Below, piece after piece: positions 1 through 11,123 of a DNA stretch of 64,000 bases. This DNA is from Podarcis erhardii (taxonomy: Eukaryota): NCBI GenBank assembly GCA_964252035.1, contig OZ176213.1. The stretch is one strand, 5' to 3'. The translations under genes and the position numbers were made by a program. Under the pieces are notes generated by a model, which did no database searches, was not told where the DNA came from, and saw only the letters and a program-made list of their open reading frames with translations. Numbering within the stretch: the first letter of the stretch is position 1; each line of letters begins with the position of its first letter.

Positions 1-31
1 CCTGCCCTTCAGCCTGGACAGTAAGAGATTC

Positions 32-556
32 CTTTATGCCACTACAGCCGCAAGAATTATGTTGGCACAAAACTGGAAAACGGAAACTATACCTAGCATA
101 AGCGATTGGCAGGTTAAAATGGTAAATTATGCCAAGCTTGCTAGACTAACAGGTAGAATACAAGACCAAGATGAACAGAAATTTCATAAAAATTGGAATA
201 AATATTGGAAGTATATTGGAAACAATTTGTAGAGGGCACTGGCGGTGTTGGAATAACTCTAACAATGAGTGGCTAATATTTAAGATCAAAAATAAAATAC
301 GTGACTGTAGAATTTATTTGATACTTACCAAAAGGGTGGAGGGGAGTCCAAGGCTCGGTAGAGCCCAAATATTGTGATTTTTAGATTTTTTGGTCTTTTC
401 TTTTTGTATAATTGGGGGAGGGAATATGATAAACTATGTAAATGAACTATACTTATATTTATATGTATACTGATATGTTTATTTGTGTATTTTATATCTA
501 CATTGATATGTTTAGTTGCATAGCTTGAATAAAAATGTATTGGATAAAAAAAAAAG
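32..556 (+). mobile_element. 5'-truncated L1-clade LINE (ORF2 C-terminus, 3'UTR, poly-A)
   Basis: Open frame 26-232 FLYATTAARIMLAQNWK..DWQVKMVNYAKLARLT..W, typical of the non-mammalian L1 ORF2 end; AATAAA 528-533; A tail; candidate TSD AGAGATTC (24-31 and 557-564). Confidence 0.75.
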
Positions 557-866
557 AGAGATTCAGTGCAAGAGCAGTTGCGGAGCGATGGTCCCCTGCC
601 CTGGACTAGTGACTCCAAACAGTACTGACTACTTGACTAGCAGTCTTTATAGTTCTCATGATTCCATCTCTTCCTGGGAAGGGCTGATTTGGCAGTGCTG
701 TTGGAAACACTTGCAGAAACCTGGCCCTTTAGGCAAGGAAGAGGTGGTCCTTGTCCTGGGCAAGTTGTGAAGAAAATGGCAAGGCTTTCTAACTGGGTGG
801 TGACTTTTGATCCAAAGTGTTTGGGAGGGGGTGGAATGCTTCTAATGCCTTCCTCTTTGCCCCCAG

Positions 867-918
867 AGCCCACATCCAGTGAAAAGAAGAACGGGTCTGT
901 CACAGGAGTTGTTTCCAG
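867..918 (+). CDS. TP53BP1: TP53BP1 in-window exon 1
   Basis: ccccag/..[16 protein letters not shown]../gtaata; resembles human PATGERKNGS; phase 1 to 2. Confidence 0.8.
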
Positions 919-3900
919 GTAATAGGCAGGTACTGGTACTTAAGCCCTTTGTGACAGAGCTGAATGGCATCTGCTGGGAAAGGGGGGGGGGTGTGCTTAT
1001 GTGCCATCCTCCTGCCATCCAGTTTAGGCCCAACTGGGCCAGACTGACAGTATCTCTAGGGCTGCTTTCATCAGTTTTCCCCATGCGTGGGTGAACTGCC
1101 CATGTCAGAGAGGGCTGAGCCCCAGAAAGGTATTTGGAGGGGCAGGAAAACGTGTCTTGCTCCCTCTATCCTTCCAGATACTCGTAGCTGCTGCTAGGGA
1201 GGTGAAGGATGTTGGTATTTAATGGCATCTGAGGGGTTTTCTGAACTAGAGGTCCTTGTGGGTGCTTGAGGCCCCAGCATTCTGGAGCAGTTTCTGGGGC
1301 CACCAAATACTGGCCAGGTTGCCTCACTGCTAGCAGCTCATAGGCCTTAGCTATTTCTTTGGCAGGATTGAAACTTTCTGAGCCTGTCTCTCTCTTCTGC
1401 CTATAGCTCCCGGAAGGTGCCATCCGTCTTCACTCGAGTCTGTGAAGTACAGCGTGAAGAAGACAAGGCTCAACGCCCTGAGCTGCCTTGTCCACTATTC
1501 AGGCAAGTCCATGGAAGGCTTCCCTGGTGCTGTCTCTAGGGCTGTCTCTGCACAACTTCCCTTCCACATGAACTAATAACTCATCCCAGTGTGGGAATGT
1601 TCAGGGATGCAGGAGAGGATATATTGTGTGATTATATCCTTATCCAACTTGTGTTAACAAGTTCCCAATATCAGCAGAGTAAAAACATTCCCCTTTATCT
1701 TAAGTTTGCAACGGTAGCGTCTGCTCAGGTTCTAGCGAAGGGAGAACTTTGCCTTTGTATCTGCTTCTGGGTTCCCTAGGAACATCTGACTTGCCCCTGC
1801 TGGTAACAGAAGACGAGATTTGGATACACATTCATTGTGATCTGGCAGAGCTCCTCTCATGCTTTTCTGATTGCTTTCAGGGGTGACCTGTTCAATTTCC
1901 CAAGTTCCCAGGAGGAGCAGGAGCCACCTGCAACCTGGCAAAGCCAGCGAAGGCTTGTGCCCCTGGGTTGTGGACCAGTCCAGGACTCTGGCTTGAGTGC
2001 TAAGCGGACAGTGGGTTGTGCGGAGGAGGGAGAGGACATGGAAGTTGAAACAGCAGGAACTCAGGAGCAAAAAGAACAGAGGCCCCCCCAAAATGCAGCT
2101 TCCGTTCTGGTGGCTGCAGGGAATGATGGAGCTCAAACGCCAGAATCTGGCACCAGCAGCAAGGGGACGCAGGCTGTGGCAGAATTCCTTCGAGGGCCAG
2201 CGGAATTCACGTCAGCAGCCACACAGACAGTGCCTACTGGCCAGGTGGAGGTGGGGACCAGCACGGCTGGGTTGTGGCCTGGACAGCAGGACACTAAAGT
2301 GCAGGTGGAAGAGGACCATGGATCTAGGCCTGCCAGGGCTGGACATGCGCCAGGGACCCAGCACAACCAGGTGAGAGGGAGTTGGATCATGTACTTGGAA
2401 AAGGGGGAGGGGGGAAAGATGTGCAGCTGCCTGTGGCAGGGGCAAAGGATTATCTCCTACCTCCTGGTCTCAGCTTTTAGAGTGGGAGGTGGCAGTTGCC
2501 ACATGTGCCTCCCCCAGACTTTCCAACTCTGAGCAAGGTGGGAAGAAGCAGCCTCATCAAGAGAAGCACTTTGATTGGTCAGCCCAAATGTGCCCAAAGG
2601 TCCACCAAGTCCCCCTCGCAGTAGTGATCAGCCAGGTGCTAGTGAGAAGCCCACAAGGGTGGCAATGGCTATCCCTGCCTCTGAACGTATTTCGTTTGTT
2701 TGTTTATATATAAATACAGTCAAACCTCTGTTATCGAACGTAATCTGTTCCGGAAGACCGTTCGGCTTCCGAAAATCATTCAAAAACCGGAGCAGTTACT
2801 TCTGGGTTTTCGGGAGCTGAGGTTTGGCTGTATGAGATTTATATTTAAATATATTTATAAACATTTATTTCATATGTCACGACATGCCATATAGGTGAAA
2901 ACTGCACAATTACAGTAAAAATGTCAAACAGATCAGGCAGAGCTGTCTGACAAAGAAATCTCAAACTATTGCCATTATAGGTGAATGGTTTCTGCAAGTG
3001 CATGTGATGACCCCGTCCTGTGACAGTGAATTTCAGGAGGGCATGATTGTCCAGATGCATTTTGGGGCATGTCCTGCATTTGCTGCCAGTTGCTTGTATT
3101 GGATAATTCTGGTGCTGCAGGAGGCCTCTCTTGTCACCAAGCCATTTTTAGTTGCCCTTTTATGTGCCATTTGCAGCTCTGTGAAAGCCGTTCCTGCCTC
3201 TAATAGCAAGCTCAGGTGGTGAGTGCTGATGGGATTGGAGCTAAGAAACAGTGGAGAGCTGCTGTTTCCTGTTAGTGTCCAGATGGTACTGAGCTGGATT
3301 GACCAGTGCTGTATAATTCTGTATAATGCAGTCTCCTGTTCCTCTGACAGTGATGTTCCCCTTTCATTCCAAACAGCAGTGTGCTGTGGAGGAATCTCTG
3401 AAAACTTTCTACCTTTTTCTTTTCTTCAGCACGAGGAAGGGTTTGATTTGCCTCGCCCACCCCCAGGCAGAGCCCTCCGGCGTCATATACGGACCATCCG
3501 CGAAGTACGAACTGTTGTCACACGACTCATCACAGACATCTACTACAAGGATGGGGCAGAAGTGGAACGCAAGGTAGTGGAGGTAAGGCGAGAGATGTCA
3601 AGGCCGGGACAGCTCAGAAAACTTTCTGCGTTTTTTAAAGAGAATTTTTCCTACTTTTCCCAACCAATAATTTTGCTGTTTTGGAGAACACTGAATAAGA
3701 CTCAAATAAAATGCTTTCTCCTTTGGATTAAATAAGACAAACCTGTTACTCAAAATGAGTTGTCAAACACCAGCAGTCGTCAGTTGGCCACCATAGAGGT
3801 ATTGCGAGCACTACCTACTCCTGTACAGGAGAATTCATCATTAAATCCCCACAAGTTCATTCCCGTAGCAGACAGGGCATGCTTGCCCTTGTTCCTTTGG

Positions 3901-6900
3901 GCTGCCAGATGGGTGTGTGGACCTCAGAAAGGGAAATCTCTGACCTTATCCCATGTGATCTTGGGACAGTCACTTGCCCGCTTGTTGTCTCTAGACCTCC
4001 ATCTCCTTTTCGTTGGTTTCCTAGGGCTTCTTGTGCTTTGCCAGTTGCTTCTCTGAGTTTGCCATATTGGTCCCCTACTTGATAATACACACTATATCAT
4101 ACGCATCCAGGCCATTTTGGAGCCACAAATCCTGCTCCGTATCTTGCACCTTTGAGTGTTGGACCTGTGAACCTTAAGGCACTGTGATCACAAATTACCT
4201 ATTTGGTGCTGGTTGTTGACGTGTGAGCATCTACTCTTGCGTTGTATTCTTTTTAAGACTTGCAGCAGAGTTTCTTTTACAGAGAATCTTTATTATTTAC
4301 AAAAAAATTACACCGGTCAAATAAAACAATATAATTCCTTCTCCTCTAGCCATCTGACCAGAGACTTAATTGCTGACTCATTTACAACTTTGTTCATTTA
4401 CACACTAACTGACCTTTATTGACCACATGCCCTTAATAAAGGCACCTGTTGCTGGGGAGATTTTTCTGTTGCCTAGCAACCTGTTCAAGACCAATTCTCA
4501 AGTTCTTTCTAGAATATTCCAGCAGCCCTCCTAACTTGAAATTCTGTCTTGAACACCTGGCAATTTTTTTCTGCTTTTACTCAGTAAGACCCAATTCCAT
4601 AGTCAGCATTTTAAATTTAAAGGCTTTGTAAAAATATATGCAATCATAAACCCTGTAGAACAATACCTAAGCTTGATCCATCCTTTTAAAATGCAATCTT
4701 TTACATGTGCATAGCATACATCTAAGAGTTTTGGTTTCGGTTTACATTTTTCTGTCTTTCCTGCAACTGGACTATACACTCCAGAGTTTCCTGCAAGACT
4801 CTTTCAAGATCAGACAGGCATTGTGTGGGGTGTTTTCACCATCAGCTTATTTCTCTGGGTTTTCTCTGGCTGCTAATACTGTTAAGGCAGGTTTTATTTT
4901 TAAATTGCTTCTTGAAAATTTAAAGGAGCTTTGGGGAGGTAGGGAACCTTGGAGTAGGTGAGCTTTTGTCAGGGTTTGCTTCTGCAGTTCAGCTCTGCTC
5001 TTTTGAGATGGGTGCTTGAAGTGCCTTCTCCAGCGAGAAGAACATCATTTTGCCTGTTCTGACCTTACAGGTAAGTATTTTATTTTGTTGAGCGGAGGAT
5101 AGTGGAATAAAATGCCTTGTGGCTAAAGGGTGCGGCACTTTCTCCCTCTTTCTCTGATAGAGCTGAGCATCAACAGGATGGATACCCAAAGAGTTTCCTG
5201 TTTAGAATGTCAGAAAGTAGCTCTGTTGTGGGAAGAGCACTGCTCTGGGAGCTTTGCCCTGCCCTACATGTATCTGGCTGAGAGGGACTTGCCTGTGGAT
5301 GGATCCCTCTTGGGATCTGAAAGCGCTGGTCCTAGGGCATCTCTCCCCTTGTACCTGGCACCTGGTGCCTTCCCTCCCTCCCTTGAATCCCAGTCTGCTT
5401 TTCTTTCAGGAGAGAGAGGACCCCATCATGGAGTGCCAGGAGAGTGAGGTGGACGTCTCCCCCTCTCGCACGGGAGGCTCTTCTTCGCTTGCCTCTGGAG
5501 ACCTTGGTGACATCAGCTCCTTCTCATCCAAGGCCTCTGGCCTCCAGCGCATGTCCAGTGGAGGGAGCAGTGCCTTGTCCGTCACACACAGTGGGACAAG
5601 TTCTGGGCAAGGAGGCACTCTTCTGAGAGGAGGGAGACCTTGCCAAGGAGCCGGGCCTGGAGACTTGGCCTTCCCAGGGGTCAGAAAGCTCAGGTGGGTG
5701 CAGGGCCTCTGGGAAAAGGACATCAGAGGAAGGCTTCACTTTGGGGGAACAGCAGGGTGGAAGAGAGAGAGGCCATTTTGCATTCTTTGGAGTTTTGTTT
5801 TAGGTGGGGCATGAATATGACTCTGTCAGTGTGTTGTTTAACCAGATTCCAAACTGAAAGCCTGTGCTATACTTTTAAAAGGCCATGGGTTCTAAAACGA
5901 ATTGAATTTATTCACAGTTGGCGAGTTAATATTTTTGATGTCAAGGTTTTAAATACTTGAAGGTTGGTGTTGTATTGAGTGATGTTTCAAACTGGGGGAA
6001 CAATGCGGCAAATCATGTTGGGTTGCCTTGTGAGCAGCTTTATTTGGGCTTTGCTGTTTACCTTGAAATGCGAGGAATAAATTCTTTGTGCCCACAGTTC
6101 TGTGCCATGACCCTGGGAGCATGTGTGGGGCCTCCAGGGCATTGTGGCTGGCAGGCAGGCTGGCTATGCAGAGGTTAACGCTGCCTTTGGTTTCCCTAGC
6201 CCTAGGAAGGGGGGCAGCCAGCCTCAGTCTCCAGTCCAGCCTGACCATGCAGCAGTTACTGGGGTGTGTGAGGAGGAAGCGCAAGGCATGATCAACCAGA
6301 GGAGTGGCAGAGCCCCTCCAACTCCTCGCAGACGAGGGCGAAGGGGCCGCCTCACATCGCGATCGGCTGGAGCCAGGTAGCGTGGTGAAGGTCAGCTGAT
6401 GCTGATGAGGGAGGTGACCCTCGTGGGGTGGAGTAGCAAGAGCTAAAGGCCCTTGCAGCTTCTCCAGCTGTTTCTCTCCCTGGATCTGCAGGGCCAGCCT
6501 GCCAGCTGTGGAGGATCTGTCAACCACAGCCTTGCCAGAAGAGGACTGCCACACGCATCGCCCTTTGAAGGGGCAGGACCGCAGCATCTCCCCTGAAATC
6601 CCCTTGCAAGAGCGTCTGGGGGTTTCTACCAGCACAGAGCTTTCCTCTGCCACCACCTCCTCTTCTGCAAACAGTTTTGTGGGCCTCCGGGTGGTGGCAA
6701 AGTGGTCCTCGAATGGCTACTTCTACTCTGGGACTATCACACAGGATGTAGGGGGTGTCAAATATAAGCTGCGCTTTGACGATGGCTATGAGTGTGATGT
6801 TCCAGGCAAAGACATCTTGCTGTGCGACCCTCTCCCCCTGGAAACAGAGGTGACGGCCCTTTCGGAGGACGAATACTTCAGCGCAGGTAACTCGTCTGGC

Positions 6901-9900
6901 TGGCGAGGGACCTGCAGTGTTTGGGGTGGGCGGTAGGGGGGAGTTGGGTCCCAGGCTGTGAGCTGCCCTTATGATGCCTTCTGCCTTGGCTGCAGGGGTA
7001 GTGAAGGGGCACCGGAAGGAGGCTGGGGAGCTGTTCTATTGCATTGAGAAGGAGGGCCAGCGGAAGTGGTACCGGCGGAGAGCAGTCATCTTGTCTTTAG
7101 AGCAAGGGAATCGGCTCCGAGAGCAATTTGGGTTGGGCCCCTACGAACCCGTCATGCCCCTGACAAAGGCGGCTGACATCAGCCTTGGTAAGCAGCCTGT
7201 AGGCAACTGCCCTGTGGGTCTGGCCGAGAGAAATGGGAACACCTAGGAACCTGTTAATTGAGGGCTGGAGCTGCAGGATGCTGGCCTTGGGTAAACTCTT
7301 CAGTTTTAAGAGGCGCAAGTGACTTCCTTCTGCTACCCTGCAGAAAACATGCAGAGGGGCCTTGGTGCTGCTGCGTGTTGAGGTGGGAGCTAACAACATT
7401 TTCCTTGTGGGGCTAGATAACCTGGTGGAAGGAAAGCGGAAAAGGCGCAACCTTGGCTCTCCCAGCACCTCCAACAACACAACACCCACCCGCAAGGGCC
7501 CTGAGAGCCCCCAGACCCCGCACAGGCTGTCTAGCAAGAGGAAGCTAGTTGCCTCAGAAGAGGAGAGATCCCCTGCCAAACGAGGGCGGCGGGCAACCCC
7601 TACAAAGCCAGGTCAGACTGTTTTATGTCTCCTTGTATTGCATCTCTTCTCCCTGGATCAGACTTTCCCTTCTTGGTCTCCTCCAGCCTTTCCTCCCAAA
7701 CCAGAGGAGCTGGAGCTGAGCTCTTGCACCAGGAGGATCAAGGCTCCCCTCCCTCTCCATGAGAGAAATTCTAAGTTGAGGCTGCTGACCTGCTGTCAGG
7801 AGGCAGCCACAGGACTTTGATTTTCCTCCCTCCCTCCACAGGGGCTGCCTGTTCCAGGGAAGCAGTGAGCCCATCTGTCAGTGGAGGGGACTTGGGAGAT
7901 ATCCCGGCACCAGATGACCGATGGGGGCCTATGCCCCACAACAAGACTCTCTTTCTGGGCTATGCCTTTCTCCTCACAATGGCAGACCCCACAGATAAAC
8001 TCTCCAGTTGCCAGGAGCCTGCAGTGAGCAGCGAAGAGGAAGGTGAGTGCTCCATTGCTCCAGGGAGGCTGTTGGGGGCAAGGGTGGCCCTCGTTGACTG
8101 AATCTGGTTAAGCCATTGCTCATTTAGGGTGGTGACAGAGAAGGCAGAACTAGGAAAGGGGGGCCCACCTAGTTCAGCATCTTGTTCACATGGGGGCTAA
8201 AGGAAGGCAGCTTGGCCAAGGATCCCTGGTAGGGATTCTGCTAGCTGTGGTTTCTGTCCTCTTTGCAGGATAGTGGTGTGCCTACAAGGGCTAAGGAAGT
8301 GGCAAGTTGTGGGGCTGCAAGAACTTGAATTCAACAAGCCAGTATCTTACTGCACTTTCCAAAGTTAGTTTATTGAGGGGATAGTTTAACCTGGGACTTG
8401 GTAAGACTGGCTGTATCCTTGCACCTTGCCAGCCAGTGTGCAAGCACATCACAGGAGGGCTGTTGGGCAATATGACAGTGTGAAATCTCTTGATGGCTAC
8501 TTGAGGAGCCGTGCCAGGTGGCAGTCATGCCTTCTGCTATTCCAGGTCCTAGAAGCCCCAAAGATAAGGAATTGCCAAGTGTGGGGCAGAACATGTTTGC
8601 CATCTTGTGGCCCTTTAAGAGAAATCAGTGATTTGGGAATGAGCTGCAGATCTCTCCTGCAACTTTCATGCTCTTTACAGCTACCATTTGGGGCTTGCTT
8701 TAGGGCTCAAAAAATAATTTCACTAACTTAACAGTCAATTTCTGAACATAGCTCCAAGTGTTGGTGCTTACCTTTTAAAACCCTTTGCAGCAAGGGGCTT
8801 GGATTTTTGAAGGACCACCACCTTCTGAACGAACCAGCCCAGGTACTGAGGTCATCACTGAAGGCTCTTCTCTGGGTTCCCCCTCCTTCTCTTAATTACA
8901 TGGGTGCTGTCTTGAAGGTTTTCTTGGCAATAGCACACCCCTTTGGGTCACTTTCCTCACCTGTTACTACTATCTCTTATGTCATCTTGGCACTAGGTGA
9001 AGACCTTTCTGCGTTTCTCTAGGCATCGCTAAATGTCTAAATAATCTGCTGTGCTGCACACACGTTCTTGTCAATTGTATTATTTTCTGTTGAGTATAAA
9101 AGCAGTTCTTAGAGCACATCACTGAACAGTGGAGAATAATTTTTAAAGTGAATAGCTGTTCCTAGTCAAGTTTAGTCTCTGAACTGAATTTCAATGCAGT
9201 TGTTTTAATGTTCTTTATTTAACAAAATTCATAGTTTACAAAGAAAGATCAAAATACTAACTTAAAAATTAACAGAAGCAAGCATTTAAAAAGAAGTCAA
9301 CATGCAGCTTTTAAAATAGAAATAAAATTTGAGATTTTGATTGTGTGGAAATGTTTCACAGTTCTCTTGCAAGGGAAGAGGTGTAGTGCTCTATTTATGC
9401 TAAAGAATTAACTCCGCTAACTTCATCCTGTTTTCTAGACTTCTTGGAGGTAACACCTTACAACAAACACTACATTGGACTGCAGCTGCAAGCTGGAGGT
9501 GGTTTCATCCTGGAGGACTTCAATGAAAGCCAGGTCAGGAGCCAGAGCTGGGGATACATGAAGTAGCATCACCTAGGTTGGCAGTGGAGATTTATTTAGA
9601 GAGGGTGTTGGTGCTTTGCTGCTGTTTTCCTTTTAATGATGAAATGGATGCTTTTCTGGGTGTGGTCCAAGGGAGGCAGGTGCGTGACGGGTGGCAGCTT
9701 CACCTGCACACAGGTTGTCAAATGGGAATTGCCAATTGTTCTCCTTTCAAGACCTGGGATGTGAAAAGGAGGTGCGTGGCCATGATGCTTCTTGGAATGG
9801 GACAGATCTTGATAGGAGCTGCTTGAAATAGAGGCAGAGAGAGCCTCTTTTCCTTCTATTGGCACATTTCTCAATTCTCTACTTCTGCCAGTACTCAGCC

Positions 9901-11007
9901 TTCCATTTTGCAGCTAGCCTGGCTGGCTAGTTGTCAAATAAGCATTTGACCACACCCGGTGTTTTATACTGAACCTGCAGCCTCTTCCAGGGCTTTGTGT
10001 TTGTATGGAAGCCCAGGTCTCAGCCTCCACTTCTTTTGTCCAGTGCAGTGCAGCCTACCAGTGCTTCCTGATAGCAGACAGACACTGCCGCAACCGGATT
10101 TACTTTCTGTGCCTTGCCCGAGGAATCCCCTGTGTGTCTCACGTCTGGGTCCATGACAGTTGTCATGCCAACCAGCTGCAGAACTACCGGAATTATCTGT
10201 TGCCAGCTGGTTATAGCCTGCAGGAGCAGAGGTTGCTGGACTGGTAAGTCCGTGAATGTTGGAGGGACCATGAGCAGCTTACCCACCTGGTGCAGGTGGA
10301 ACAGGGTGGCATGCTCAGTTCCTTTGCAGTGGAGCTGCCTCTAACTTTTGCTTCTTTCTAGGCACTCCCGTGAGAACCCTTTCAGTAAGCTGAAGGTGCT
10401 TCTGGTGTCCAGTGAGCAGCAGGACTTCCTGGAGCTCTGGTCTGAGATTCTTATGATGGGGGGCGCTGCTTCTGTTAAGCTGCAGGAATCTGCATCATGG
10501 AGCAAAGGTACAAGCCCTGGAAGCAGCCAGCTGGTTTCTGTGGCGGGTAGATTGGCAAGAGGCTCTCCGTTGCCCACTGAGACATACCAATCCCCCTGTG
10601 CAGAAAAGAAGCCTGCTTTAACTTCTCGATTCCTGAGGGTTGCTGAGAAGTTGGATGAGGCAGGGCAAGAATTGATTGGCTGCTTCTCCCTTCACCCCTT
10701 TCCTTGTGTGGAGCTGCCATCCATCCTTTTCCAAAGGCAGCAAGATCAAGTACCTGGTGCTGTGAACAAGTAGGAGGAAAGGTTTGACCACACAGGGCAA
10801 TTCTTGTTTTCTATTTCCACAGATGTGAGTCTGGCTGTGTTTGATGTCGTGGTGACTGATGCTTCGTGCCCAACAGCTTTCTTGAAATGTGCTGAAGCGC
10901 TACAGCTGCCAGTGGTTACCCAAGAGTGGGTGATCCAGTGCCTCATTGCGGGGAAGAAAGTTGGATTCAAACACCCAAAGTATCAGCTTGATTCTGTCCC
11001 CAGTTGA
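867..11007 (+). CDS. TP53BP1: TP53-binding protein 1, 3' part (14 exons in window; 5' exons lie upstream of the window)
   Basis: Phase-consistent exon chain encoding recognisable 53BP1 motifs: [14 protein letters not shown] oligomerisation domain, GAR, tandem Tudor ([13 protein letters not shown]), UDR ([20 protein letters not shown]), tandem BRCT; stop TGA 11005-11007. Confidence 0.97.
1407..1502 (+). CDS. TP53BP1: TP53BP1 in-window exon 2 (GC donor)
   Basis: ctatag/[31 protein letters not shown]/gcaagt; 96 nt, keeps frame only with the GC donor. Confidence 0.8.
1881..2370 (+). CDS. TP53BP1: TP53BP1 in-window exon 3 (LC8/DYNLL1-type motifs)
   Basis: [25 protein letters not shown]; tttcag/ and /gtgaga. 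Confidence 0.9.
2717..2830. mobile_element. Tc1/mariner (Tigger-like) MITE
   Basis: TA-flanked; TIRs CAGTCAAACCTC / GAGGTTTGGCTG (11 of 12 match). Confidence 0.75.
3430..3582 (+). CDS. TP53BP1: TP53BP1 exon: oligomerisation domain
   Basis: [44 protein letters not shown]; AG/GT, 153 nt. Confidence 0.95.
5410..5693 (+). CDS. TP53BP1: TP53BP1 exon
   Basis: [37 protein letters not shown]; AG/GT. Confidence 0.93.
6200..6376 (+). CDS. TP53BP1: TP53BP1 exon: GAR motif
   Basis: [17 protein letters not shown]; AG/GT, phase 2 to 2. Confidence 0.93.
6492..6886 (+). CDS. TP53BP1: TP53BP1 exon: first Tudor domain
   Basis: [39 protein letters not shown]. Confidence 0.97.
6996..7187 (+). CDS. TP53BP1: TP53BP1 exon: second Tudor and start of UDR
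   Basis: [44 protein letters not shown]. Confidence 0.97.
7417..7611 (+). CDS. TP53BP1: TP53BP1 exon: end of UDR and basic NLS region
   Basis: [23 protein letters not shown]; AG/GT. Confidence 0.95.
7842..8042 (+). CDS. TP53BP1: TP53BP1 exon: start of BRCT1
   Basis: [15 protein letters not shown]; AG/GT. Confidence 0.95.
9439..9533 (+). CDS. TP53BP1: TP53BP1 exon (BRCT1), not in ORF track
   Basis: [32 protein letters not shown]; ttctag/ and /gtcagg, 95 nt. Confidence 0.93.
10044..10243 (+). CDS. TP53BP1: TP53BP1 exon (BRCT1 and linker)
   Basis: [44 protein letters not shown]; AG/GT. Confidence 0.97.
10362..10507 (+). CDS. TP53BP1: TP53BP1 exon (BRCT2)
   Basis: [32 protein letters not shown]. 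Confidence 0.96.
10823..11007 (+). CDS. TP53BP1: TP53BP1 last coding exon
   Basis: [26 protein letters not shown]; TGA stop. Confidence 0.96.
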
Positions 11008-11117
11008 ACCTTTTTGCTTTGTGGAGGCTGTCATTGTCACCCAGGTTTTAAATGTCTGTGTCACTTGAACTGTGCATGAAGTGCTGTATATAGTTTTAAC
11101 TTCTGGACTTTTATGAT

Positions 11118-11123
11118 AATAAA
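11118..11123 (+). terminator. TP53BP1 polyadenylation signal
   Basis: AATAAA ~110 nt after the stop, followed by T/GT-rich sequence. Confidence 0.7.

Noticed and set aside
2575-2690. PGASEKP peptide resembling 53BP1, a possible cassette exon
   Set aside because: In the phase required after exon 1881-2370 the nearest acceptor (2582) gives an in-frame TAG
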